Below are positions 19,021 to 27,683 of a stretch of DNA of 64,000 nucleotides, piece by piece (within the stretch, counting starts at the first letter, position 1; each line of letters begins with the position of its first letter). Position numbers and translations under genes: made by a program. The stretch comes from Candidatus Cloacimonadales bacterium (GTDB lineage: Bacteria > Cloacimonadota > Cloacimonadia > Cloacimonadales > JAIOQZ01): assembly GCA_963662655.2 (NCBI GenBank), contig CAXXTU010000002.1, positions 1,760,001-1,824,000 of the forward strand. The letters run 5' to 3'. The notes under the pieces are model-generated. The model was given only the letters and a program-made list of their open reading frames with translations, did not search any database and was not told the origin of the DNA.

Positions 19021-20034
19021 CTACCTGAAGTCCTCGCTGTAATCGAGCTTTGTCGCGGGGCTCATGTATGCGTTGATCACGACGTTGAGTCCCGGGAGGA
19101 TGCAACCCGCACCCAACCGGGCATCTTCGAGGATACACCCCGGCCCGATACGGCATCCGTCGCCAATGAGCGTCTTGCCCCTGATCACGGTTCCCGATCC
19201 GATCTCGACGTCGTTCTCGATCTGAACGTTCTCGCCGATGGTCACCGTTTCGGGATTCTTGATGGTCACACCGTGCGTCATCCAGTGGTCCCGAATCTCG
19301 CTGTGATAATGGTCTTCCAGCTCCGCGAGCTGCTTCTGGGAATTGATCCCGGCAGCCTCGGTCATGTTGTCGAGAATTCTGGAGCTGACGATGTGCCCGT
19401 CGTTACGCAGGATCTCGAGCGTGTCGGTGAGGTAGTACTCGTTCTGCTGGTTGTTGTTGCCGACCCTTGAAAGGGCATCGAAAAGCAGCCTGATATCGAA
19501 GCAATAGATACCGGTGTTGATCTCGTTGATCTTCCGCTGCTCGTCGGTGGCGTCCTTGTACTCAATGATGCTGTGGACGTTGCCTTTCTCGTCGCGAAGG
19601 ATCCTGCCGTAACGGGCCGGATCGTCCAGGATCGCAGTAAGCACCGTGCACGCAGCTCCGATTTCACGGTGCTGTTTGAGTAAGCCGGCAAGCGTTTCCG
19701 GCTTGAGAAGCGGGACATCGCCGCACAGGATGAAAACATCGCCCTCGGTTCCAACGAAATCGTCAGCGGTCATCATCACCGCGTGGCCGGTTCCGTTCTG
19801 TTCCTTCTGCTCGGTAAAGCGCAATCCGTCATAGCTTTCAAGCGCCGCGGTTACATCGTCTTTACGATATCCCACCACAACGACGATGCGATCGCTCTGA
19901 ACCTTCTGCGCTGTATCGACAACATGATTGATCAACGGCTTCTCGCCAAGCTCGAAAAGGACTTTCGCACGATTCGATTTCATCCTGGTGCCTTTTCCGG
20001 CTGCCAGAATGACCGTTCCGATTATTCGATTCAA
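19021..20034 (-). CDS. glmU: Short GlmU-like protein: GlcNAc-1-P uridyltransferase domain plus a few hexapeptide coils
   Basis: ILAAGKGTRMKS, QNGTGHA, GDVPL, YGRI.R, EINTG.Y, EYYLTD. Ends at 337 aa, directly against the HIT gene start. Confidence 0.8.
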   Translation of the reverse strand: MNRIIGTVILAAGKGTRMKSNRAKVLFELGEKPLINHVVDTAQKVQSDRIVVVVGYRKDDVTAALESYDGLRFTEQKEQNGTGHAVMMTADDFVGTEGDVFILCGDVPLLKPETLAGLLKQHREIGAACTVLTAILDDPARYGRILRDEKGNVHSIIEYKDATDEQRKINEINTGIYCFDIRLLFDALSRVGNNNQQNEYYLTDTLEILRNDGHIVSSRILDNMTEAAGINSQKQLAELEDHYHSEIRDHWMTHGVTIKNPETVTIGENVQIENDVEIGSGTVIRGKTLIGDGCRIGPGCILEDARLGAGCILPGLNVVINAYMSPATKLDYSEDFR

Positions 20035-20120
20035 TTTATTCTCCTCAAAGGTTTTCTACGAACAGAGTCAAGAAATGACAAGCCCCAATAATTAACAAGA
20101 AAATTTCGCTCACTCGTTCG

Positions 20121-20624
20121 CTAATCGGTGTTCTTCACCGGAAATTTCCCGTCGATCCGCTCCATGATGCGCTCGACAATCTTGCCTTCGCTGCCGTCAA
20201 CCGTTGCGCCGGTGATCGCGTCCAGGCCGTTGTAATCCCACTCGAAGTCTTTGGAATCCGCCGTTACGAGCAAAACAACCTTCTCCTGCGGGATTTTTTT
20301 CAGGGCGCGCTTGAGTCGCGAATTCATGTGCATCCAGGCCTCGCAGGCATCCATCACGACAATCGCGTCGTACTTCTTGTTCTCGAGGTCTTTCACGCTC
20401 TTCAGATTCATCACTTCAACCGTGAAGCGGCCTTGCAGCTTTTCTACCAGCTTGTCGGCGATTTTCTGCTTGAAGGGCGTACCCTTACCTGCAATCGCCG
20501 AAATGATAATGGTCGCTTCCGCCTCGGGATTTTCCACCAGGCGGGTCTCAAGAAAATCGCTCGCGCAACCGGCGAGCAGGATAACAATTATACTAATTGC
20601 AGCTATTTTCAGATAATTTTTCAT
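20121..20624 (-). CDS. Hypothetical lipoprotein
   Basis: Lipobox LLAGC after a hydrophobic stretch; GGAG RBS. Confidence 0.7.
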   Translation of the reverse strand: MKNYLKIAAISIIVILLAGCASDFLETRLVENPEAEATIIISAIAGKGTPFKQKIADKLVEKLQGRFTVEVMNLKSVKDLENKKYDAIVVMDACEAWMHMNSRLKRALKKIPQEKVVLLVTADSKDFEWDYNGLDAITGATVDGSEGKIVERIMERIDGKFPVKNTD

Positions 20625-20636
20625 GATTCCTCCGGA

Positions 20637-23315
20637 CTACAGGTCCTTCTCCACGTCGACCAGCGAGCTGTGCAGATCGGGTTTGACCGCGAAGCCGCGC
20701 TTCTTGAAAACGTTGATCATCCGTGGGTTGTTGGCGGTGGTTTGCGCCACGATTTTCTTGAGGTTCCAGCGCTGCGTAATCTCCATGCAGAAATCGGTCA
20801 GCAGGGAACCTAGACGTTTGTTTTGCCAGGCGTCGGGAACGAGAACCGCGTACTCGACGGACTCGAGGTCGGGATCGGCCACAAGGCGTCCCACGCCGAT
20901 TAACTTTCGCTCCTTATCTATCTCTACTTCCGCGACAATGCCGATCTCGCGATCGTAATCGATGAAGCAATAGCGGACAGCGACATCGTGCGAATCCCAG
21001 AAGAAGAAATAGCGGAAACGCTGGTAGATCGATTCCTTGGAGCAGCTTCCTAGCATCTCCAGCCACATGGGCTCGTCCTCCGGCTTAATGGGCCGCAGCG
21101 TCACTACCGTCCCGTCGTCCAGATTCACTTTTTTCGTGTATTCTTCCGGATAGGGTCGCAGGGCAAGGTGACTGTACTCTTCGATGCCGCGTTTCGCGGG
21201 ATCGACCACGATGCGTGCATCCAAAGCGACAACGTCCTTCGGAGACACGAGAAGCGGATTGATATCCAACTCCACGATTTCGGGATAATCCGCCGCCAGA
21301 TACGACATCCGGATCAGCACCTCCACCAGTTGGTCCATGTTGACCGGAGGCTTCCCGCGATAGCCCTTCAGAAGCGGCATGATCTTGAGGCTCTCCAGCA
21401 TCCTTCGGGCAAGGCTTTCGTTCAGCGGGGGAAGACCCAACGAGCGATCCTTGAACAACTCGGCATAAATCCCACCCATGCCGGCGAGCATCACCGTACC
21501 GAAGACAGGATCCTGTTTCACGCCCAGAATCATCTCCACGGCATTGTCCCGCCTGATCATCGGTTGGACAGTCACACCTTCGATGCGAGCTTTGGGCATC
21601 ATTTCCCGGGCGGAATTCACAATTGTCTGGAATCCCTTTCTGACAGCTTCCTCGCTATCGATGTTGAGAAGAACGCCTCCGACATCGGTCTTGTGGGTGA
21701 TGTCCGGCGAGAATATCTTGAGCACGACCGGGTAACCGGCCTCGTTCGCGAACTGGACCGCCTCGTCCTCCGTACTTGCGGGGACGGGCTTCGATGTCGG
21801 AATACCGTAGCTTTCCAGAAGCGATTTCGAAATCTCTTCGGAGAGGATGCGGCCATTCTGGTTCAGCGCCTGGTCGAACTGCTTGCGAAACTCCTTGCGA
21901 TCCACCTTGAACTCCACCGGCACATCCTTGGGCGTCTCGTACAGAGCCCTCAGATTGCGCGCGTAATCCACCAGCGTCATGAACGCGCCGATAGCCTGTT
22001 CCGGTGTGCTGTATGTCGCGACCCCCACTTCCGTGAGAATCTCGATGCCTTCTTTCATGCTGGCTCCTCCGAGCCACGCTGCGAGAATCGGCTTCCTGGC
22101 TTTCTCGGCGATCTTGCCCACTTCGCGAGCAGTCCCCGCCGGGTTCGTCATGGATTGCGGTGTCAGAATAACCAGCACCGCGTCGACGTTATCATCGTCC
22201 AGGACGATGGATACCGTCTTGGCGATGCGCTTGGGACGCGCGTCTCCCAGAACATCCACGGGATTACCGTGCGACCAGATGGGCGGGAGATTCAGATTGA
22301 GCTGTTCCATCGTGTCCTCGGATAGCTTGGCGAGCTCGCCATTCGCCGCAATCAACGCATCCGTGGCCATCACGCCCGGGCCACCCGCATTGGTGACGAT
22401 CGCGAGACGTGAACCTTCGGGGGCCTTTTTCCTGCCCAGGAGTTCCGCTACATCGAATATCTTGCCGATATCGAAGATTCTGGCGATCCCGGCGCGGCGG
22501 AATACCGCGTCGTAAACCGCGTCCTCCGCAGCCATCGCTCCTGTGTGAGACGCCGCGACCTCCGCCGATTCGGGGAAGCGTCCCGCCTTGTATGCGATAA
22601 TCGGCTTGGTACGGGCAAAAGCGCGGCTGGCGGTCATGAACTTGCGCGCCATCGCGATGGACTCTATGTACAGGATGATGAATTTGGTGTCTTCGTCCTC
22701 GCCCAGGTAGTCGATCAGATCACCGAAATCGACATCGAGCGTGTTGCCGATGGAAATGAAGTAGGAGAAGCCGATCTTTTCCTCGATCGCCCAGTCCAAA
22801 ACCGAGGTGCAGAGTGCGCCGGACTGCGAAACGAATGCGATGTCCCCTTTCTTGGGCATGCCATCGCCAAAGCTGACGTTGAGCTTGTTCACCGGTGAGA
22901 TGTAGCCAAGGCAGTTCGGCCCCATGATGCGCATTCCCGGGTATTTGCCGCGAACATCGCGAATCTGCTGCTCCAGCTCCCTGCCTTCCTCGCCGGCTTC
23001 CTTGAATCCGGCGGAGACGACGATGATCCCCATGGTTCCCGCTGCACCGCAGGCATCGATGTAGGTCGGAACCTGTTCGGGAGCCGAACAGATAATGCCC
23101 AGCTCCGGAGAATTGGGAAGCGATTTCACATCGGGGTAACACTGGATGCCCATAACGGCTTCCAGGTCGGGATTCACAGGGTAAACGACCCCGCGAAATC
23201 CGCTGGTCACGAGGTTGCTGAGGATTTTCCCTCCGACACTGCGCGGATTGGCGCTTATGCCGAGAAGGGCGATTCGATTTGGCTTGAAAATGTTGTCGAG
23301 ATTATGTATGCTCAC
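20637..23315 (-). CDS. ADP-forming acyl-CoA synthetase (alpha+beta) fused to a C-terminal GNAT domain (Pat/PatZ family)
   Basis: GPNCLG, SQSGA, AASHTGA, NAGGPG, HKTDVGGV, ELDINPL, DARI, then RPYP..LRPIKPED GNAT. Confidence 0.9.
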   Translation of the reverse strand: MSIHNLDNIFKPNRIALLGISANPRSVGGKILSNLVTSGFRGVVYPVNPDLEAVMGIQCYPDVKSLPNSPELGIICSAPEQVPTYIDACGAAGTMGIIVVSAGFKEAGEEGRELEQQIRDVRGKYPGMRIMGPNCLGYISPVNKLNVSFGDGMPKKGDIAFVSQSGALCTSVLDWAIEEKIGFSYFISIGNTLDVDFGDLIDYLGEDEDTKFIILYIESIAMARKFMTASRAFARTKPIIAYKAGRFPESAEVAASHTGAMAAEDAVYDAVFRRAGIARIFDIGKIFDVAELLGRKKAPEGSRLAIVTNAGGPGVMATDALIAANGELAKLSEDTMEQLNLNLPPIWSHGNPVDVLGDARPKRIAKTVSIVLDDDNVDAVLVILTPQSMTNPAGTAREVGKIAEKARKPILAAWLGGASMKEGIEILTEVGVATYSTPEQAIGAFMTLVDYARNLRALYETPKDVPVEFKVDRKEFRKQFDQALNQNGRILSEEISKSLLESYGIPTSKPVPASTEDEAVQFANEAGYPVVLKIFSPDITHKTDVGGVLLNIDSEEAVRKGFQTIVNSAREMMPKARIEGVTVQPMIRRDNAVEMILGVKQDPVFGTVMLAGMGGIYAELFKDRSLGLPPLNESLARRMLESLKIMPLLKGYRGKPPVNMDQLVEVLIRMSYLAADYPEIVELDINPLLVSPKDVVALDARIVVDPAKRGIEEYSHLALRPYPEEYTKKVNLDDGTVVTLRPIKPEDEPMWLEMLGSCSKESIYQRFRYFFFWDSHDVAVRYCFIDYDREIGIVAEVEIDKERKLIGVGRLVADPDLESVEYAVLVPDAWQNKRLGSLLTDFCMEITQRWNLKKIVAQTTANNPRMINVFKKRGFAVKPDLHSSLVDVEKDL

Positions 23316-23389
23316 CGTGCACCTCTTTATACATTATTCGGTTCCTACGCTTTTTCATCCCGAAATCAGGTCAAGGATTTTCTGTAACG

Positions 23390-24223
23390 TTATGGAAGGA
23401 ACCAGATTAGAAGCAGTAGAATCACCATGTCTATCTTTATCCATGCAGAGAGTAAACGGTAGCGTCGCGCGCTCGCGGATCGCAGACTCATCGCGATGGC
23501 AACGATCGACGGAACGTGAACGAGCAATCCGAGAGCCGCCACCTGATACGTCGAGAGAAGATCGTTGAGAAATCCATAAACGGTCACGCCGCACAGCAGG
23601 AGTGCAAGCGCAAGGTTCAGCGCCATCGTTGTCCGATGCCCCGCCTTTATGGCAAAGGTGTTCGCCTTGATGAGGCTATCGCCTTCGATGTCCTCCAGAT
23701 CCTTTACAAGCTCACGTATGAGTGTGTAGATAAATGCATACGCCGCGATCAGCCACACATTCTCCAGATTACCGGCGACAATCCCGCCATACACGAAGGT
23801 CGATGCGGACGCGTAGGCGACGCTCAGGTTGCCGAGCAGAAAGGAGGTTTTCAGCTGGCGCGCGTAGAAGAACAGCAGAAGCAGATTGAACATCGCCATG
23901 AAAACAGCCAGGAAGGTTCCTGTCAGGAAGCTCGCCTGCAAGCCGGCAACGAAAAGCACGATGGTGTAGATATAGGCGGTCCTGGGCTGCATCTGGCCAG
24001 ACGGAAGCACGCGTTTGGGACGGTTGACACGGTCGATGGGGAGATCGAAATAGTCGTTGATTACGTACCCACCGGCTCCGATCAGCGTTGCCGAAAGGAT
24101 CCCCCACAGGAAGGGAAGCGTGAAGCTGGCATGGTTTTGAAAAAAAAGCCCGAACAGGACTGTCAGTGCGATAAACAGACAGTTGAACGGGCGGATTATT
24201 TTAAAATACGCTTGAATTTTCAC
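23390..24223 (-). CDS. UbiA prenyltransferase, DGGGP-synthase-like
   Basis: IIRP.N, INDYFDLPIDRVNRPKRVLPSG and RELVKDLEDIEGD; multi-TM. Confidence 0.8.
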   Translation of the reverse strand: MKIQAYFKIIRPFNCLFIALTVLFGLFFQNHASFTLPFLWGILSATLIGAGGYVINDYFDLPIDRVNRPKRVLPSGQMQPRTAYIYTIVLFVAGLQASFLTGTFLAVFMAMFNLLLLFFYARQLKTSFLLGNLSVAYASASTFVYGGIVAGNLENVWLIAAYAFIYTLIRELVKDLEDIEGDSLIKANTFAIKAGHRTTMALNLALALLLCGVTVYGFLNDLLSTYQVAALGLLVHVPSIVAIAMSLRSASARRYRLLSAWIKIDMVILLLLIWFLP

Positions 24224-24258
24224 TATGGAATTTATCGAGCGGCGTGAAGCCCCGTGTT

Positions 24259-25146
24259 TTACGGAAGCCGCTCGCGAATCATATTGATGAATTCAACAAG
24301 AACATCGTTGTTTTTCATGCTCTTGATCAGCTTATAGGAATCGTCGAGAAGCTTCTCAGCGGTTTTCTTCGATTTCTCCAGGCCTATCAGAGAGGGATAG
24401 GTTGTCTTGCGGTTTTTGTGGTCCTCGTAGGGTTCTTTGCCCAGCATCTCGAACGCTCCGACATCGTCAAGGATATCGTCGATGATCTGGTAGGCAAGCC
24501 CGAGGTTCAACGCGTAATTGCCCAATGTGATCGTAAGGTTTTCCTCGGCGCCGTACATGATACAGGCCATATCCATCGCCGCTTGCAGGAGGGCTCCGGT
24601 CTTTTTCAGGTGGATATATTTCAGTACGTTGACCCGTATTCTCTTTTTCGTGGAGAGGATATCGACCGCTTGGCCGCCGATCATTCCGCGGGTCGACACC
24701 GCGCGCGCAAGCGTGTTGACGCACTTGAGCGCTTTCTTCTTGTCGCGAATTTCCGTTAACGCTTCAAAAGCCTTGGTAAGCAGGGCGTCGCCTGCGAGGA
24801 TCGCCATCGCTTCGCCGTACTTCTTGTGAACCGAGGGCACTCCGCGGCGTTCATCGGAATTGTCAACGCTCGGAAGGTCGTCGTGAATCAACGATGCCGT
24901 GTGAACCAGTTCCAGTGCACAGGCGCATGGCTGCAACGACTTGAGTGTGCTGATGTTCTTACGCCCACGAAGCATCTCGTAAGCGGAGATCATCAGGATC
25001 GGGCGCAGGCGTTTACCACCGTTGAACAGCGAATAATTCATAGCCTCATAAAGCTTCGTTGAGCCTTTCTTCGGCTTCGTGACGTATTCTCTCAGAGATT
25101 CCTCGATAATATCTTTTCGCGAATCAAAATAGCGTTGAATCAGCAA
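24259..25146 (-). CDS. Short-chain polyprenyl diphosphate synthase (probably GGPP synthase)
   Basis: GGKRLRP, FARM HTASLIHDDLPSVD, GQAVD, KTG, SARM YQIIDDILD; TTG start with a GAGGTG RBS. Confidence 0.92.
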   Translation of the reverse strand: MLIQRYFDSRKDIIEESLREYVTKPKKGSTKLYEAMNYSLFNGGKRLRPILMISAYEMLRGRKNISTLKSLQPCACALELVHTASLIHDDLPSVDNSDERRGVPSVHKKYGEAMAILAGDALLTKAFEALTEIRDKKKALKCVNTLARAVSTRGMIGGQAVDILSTKKRIRVNVLKYIHLKKTGALLQAAMDMACIMYGAEENLTITLGNYALNLGLAYQIIDDILDDVGAFEMLGKEPYEDHKNRKTTYPSLIGLEKSKKTAEKLLDDSYKLIKSMKNNDVLVEFINMIRERLP

Positions 25147-25241
25147 TCTTCACCTCACAATTCCATTTTCGTACCATTTATTTATAAACGTCCTGCTGTC
25201 AATCATTTTTCGTGCATTGAGCTGGAATATTTGCCGGTTGC

Positions 25242-26033
25242 CTAATTCTCTTTCATCGCGGTCCGGCAAAGGCGCAAACCAGTATTGAAACTTCGGCAGT
25301 CTGCGCACCAATCGCCGCGTCGGCTTACACGGCTCCCCTCGGCACCGATATTCCACGTTCCACCGCGTATTATACGGGTTTCTCCATCTTGCGGCCCACG
25401 TGGATCAACCTGAGCTCCTTTCGGGTATTCGGCATACCAGTCCCAGCACCATTCCCATTGACCTCCGCTCATATCGAAGAATCCAAGCTCGTTCGAGCGC
25501 TTGAGTCCGATAGCATGCTCCGTTCCCTCGCAGTTGTCATGGTACCATCCGACCTCGTCCAGGCTGTTGCTGCCTGCGTAACGGTATCCTTTACTCGCGT
25601 TGCCGCCACGGGCGGCAAAAGCCCATTCAGCCTCGGTTGGAAGTCGGTAACCGTTAGCCGCGAAATCGCAGGTCACGATCTCGCCCATCCCCGAATAACA
25701 AGGTGTCAGCCCGTCCCTCTTGCTCAGCATGTTGCAAAATCGCACCGCATCGTACCAGCTGACCATCCCCGCAGCAAACGCGGGGTTCTTGTTCTCCGAA
25801 GGGTTCGAGCCCATCACAGACTCCCATAACGCCTGCGAGACCTCAGTACGTCCAAGATAGAAGCTCGACACCCCCACCCCGTGCACGGGCTCCTCATCCT
25901 CATTGCCGTCTTCGGAGCCCATCGTGAACTCGCCTCCCGCCACAAGGATCATGTCAGGCTCAATTCTATCCTGCGAAACAAGACCAGTACTTGCAATCAA
26001 TATCATCAAAGAAATCCATATCCACTTTCCCAT
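25242..26033 (-). CDS. Exported FGE-sulfatase/SUMF1 domain protein
   Basis: FTMGS, EEPVH, TEVSQ, YRLPTEAEW.FAARGG, NELG.FDMSG..WEWC.DWY. Confidence 0.88.
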   Translation of the reverse strand: MGKWIWISLMILIASTGLVSQDRIEPDMILVAGGEFTMGSEDGNEDEEPVHGVGVSSFYLGRTEVSQALWESVMGSNPSENKNPAFAAGMVSWYDAVRFCNMLSKRDGLTPCYSGMGEIVTCDFAANGYRLPTEAEWAFAARGGNASKGYRYAGSNSLDEVGWYHDNCEGTEHAIGLKRSNELGFFDMSGGQWEWCWDWYAEYPKGAQVDPRGPQDGETRIIRGGTWNIGAEGSRVSRRGDWCADCRSFNTGLRLCRTAMKEN

Positions 26034-26078
26034 GTTAAAACTCCTGTTATCTATCGCATTACCCGAAACTCGTACTGA

Positions 26079-26204
26079 GGCGTGAGTAGATTTGTTCGTT
26101 CAGCCGCGTTGACGTGGTGTTCCACACCTTATTCTTGCGCTCGATAGTCTCAAAGGTGTGGTATATCCACGTTAACGCGGCTGATCGGGCGAAGATGCCA
26201 CGCC
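26079..26204 (+). repeat. Rod-hairpin element family 1, copy C
   Basis: GGCGTG AGT AGATTTGTTCG TTCAGCCGCGTTGACGTGG TGT TCCACACCTT / AAGGTGTGG TATAT CCACGTTAACGCGGCTG ATCGGGCGAAGAT GC CACGCC. Confidence 0.9.
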
Positions 26205-26225
26205 GGTCGGACATCACCATACAAC

Positions 26226-27014
26226 TCACATCTCATCGATGTTCATCACTTCCGGCTTAGGTAGAAAATCCTGATCGAACATCCGCGCCGTGAAGAGCCG
26301 AAGCACAAGAAACACCGTCAGCGTAACTGCGGAGACAATCGCCAGCATAATCATGATCTGATACTTGATTGCCGTTACCGGACTCGCCCCGCTCAGTATC
26401 TGGCCGCTCATCATTCCCGGTAGCGCGATGATCCCCATCGCGGAGATATTCATGATGCGAGGCATCAGCGACATCTTCAACGCCTTCTGGCAAAAACCGA
26501 AGGTCGCTTCCCGGGGAGTTGCACCCATGGTGATATACGTGTAGTATTCCTTCCAGTTCGTCTTGATATCGCTGTGGAAACGCTCCAGTGCAAGCGCCGA
26601 GCTGTTCATGGAGTTCCCGAGCACCATCCCGAAAAGTGGAATAATGAAACGCGCGTTGATGAGCGGTTCGGGACGCACGATGACAATGATAACAAATGGC
26701 ATAATCAATAGCGTGGTGATCAGAAGCGGATAAGCGACCACCGGCAATAGAAAGCGCCAGTTGATGTCCAACCGCGAAATAATGGTGTGCACCGCGGCGA
26801 TGATCATGACCGCCATCCAGCCAATTGTGCTGCCCGGGTGATTCCACTTGAAAAGATATTCCAGAATCAAGCCGATCATGGCAAGCTGTACCACCATGCG
26901 CGATACCGACTTGAGCAGCGTCTTGATCAAATCGAGTTTCTTGAAACGAGAAATCACGATCGGAATCGCGAGCAGCAAGAAACTCAACACAAGACCGGTC
27001 CAGCGAATATCCAT
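26226..27014 (-). CDS. UPF0014 ABC permease (FetB/STAR2-like)
   Basis: R..VQL..IG.IL, IP..GMVLGNSMN, LPGMMSGQILSG.SP..AIKYQI; start MDIRW 2 bp after the ATPase stop. Confidence 0.85.
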   Translation of the reverse strand: MDIRWTGLVLSFLLLAIPIVISRFKKLDLIKTLLKSVSRMVVQLAMIGLILEYLFKWNHPGSTIGWMAVMIIAAVHTIISRLDINWRFLLPVVAYPLLITTLLIMPFVIIVIVRPEPLINARFIIPLFGMVLGNSMNSSALALERFHSDIKTNWKEYYTYITMGATPREATFGFCQKALKMSLMPRIMNISAMGIIALPGMMSGQILSGASPVTAIKYQIMIMLAIVSAVTLTVFLVLRLFTARMFDQDFLPKPEVMNIDEM

Positions 27015-27016
27015 GC

Positions 27017-27661
27017 CTACCCCCTTACCTTGATCAAACGCAAGTTCTCGATAGCATAGTGGATCGGAAACGCCTCCTGCCAAACAGGATCGTGGCTGAT
27101 ACATAAAACTGCTGCCGGGCAACGATGTAGGATGAAATCAAGCACCATACGGGAAATGTCCTTGTCCAGCGCTGACGACGGCTCGTCCAGAAGAAGAACC
27201 TCCGGCTGCAACATCATGGCACGCACCATTGCCACTCGCTGCTTCTCACCACCCGAAAGCTTTTCGGTGGATTGATTCAGAATCTCTTCCGGAAGCTTGA
27301 AGGAGTTGAGCAACAGCTTCAGCCGATCCTCGGAAAACTCGCGTTGCCGATTCGCACGAAAGTCAAACGGCTTACGCATCGAATCAATAACCTTGCCCCG
27401 CCCCAGGAACGGTTCCTGCATCACCTCGACAATCCGGTGCCGGATATCGATGGGATTCATCTCCCTGACATCCTCGCCATGAAATTTTACTGCGCCGTTC
27501 CAGCCCATCGTCATTCGGTTAAGCGTGTGTATCAGGGAAGTCTTCCCGGAACCCGTTTCTCCGCTGAGCACGACCTTGCCTTCCGGAGGTATCTCGAGCA
27601 GGACATTCTCCAGAAGCGTCCTTGCCCCGTGAAACAAGCGATCCAACCTGATCTCAATCAT
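27017..27661 (-). CDS. ABC ATP-binding protein (FetA-like)
   Basis: GETGSGKT, LSGGEKQR, LLLDEP, SHD. Confidence 0.88.
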   Translation of the reverse strand: MIEIRLDRLFHGARTLLENVLLEIPPEGKVVLSGETGSGKTSLIHTLNRMTMGWNGAVKFHGEDVREMNPIDIRHRIVEVMQEPFLGRGKVIDSMRKPFDFRANRQREFSEDRLKLLLNSFKLPEEILNQSTEKLSGGEKQRVAMVRAMMLQPEVLLLDEPSSALDKDISRMVLDFILHRCPAAVLCISHDPVWQEAFPIHYAIENLRLIKVRG

Positions 27662-27683
27662 ACCTGTCCTTTATCACTCAATG

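Noticed and set aside
26157..26171. GTGGTATAT in family 1 resembles loop B of the hairpin ribozyme
   Set aside because: The partner strand AGAAACA and the loop A elements (AGAA, N-GUC) are absent on the same strand.
26081..26202. Tandem GA in family 1 as a kink-turn or SECIS
   Set aside because: The three bases that would form the bulge (GNA) pair and covary with TKC, and there is no in-frame UGA context.
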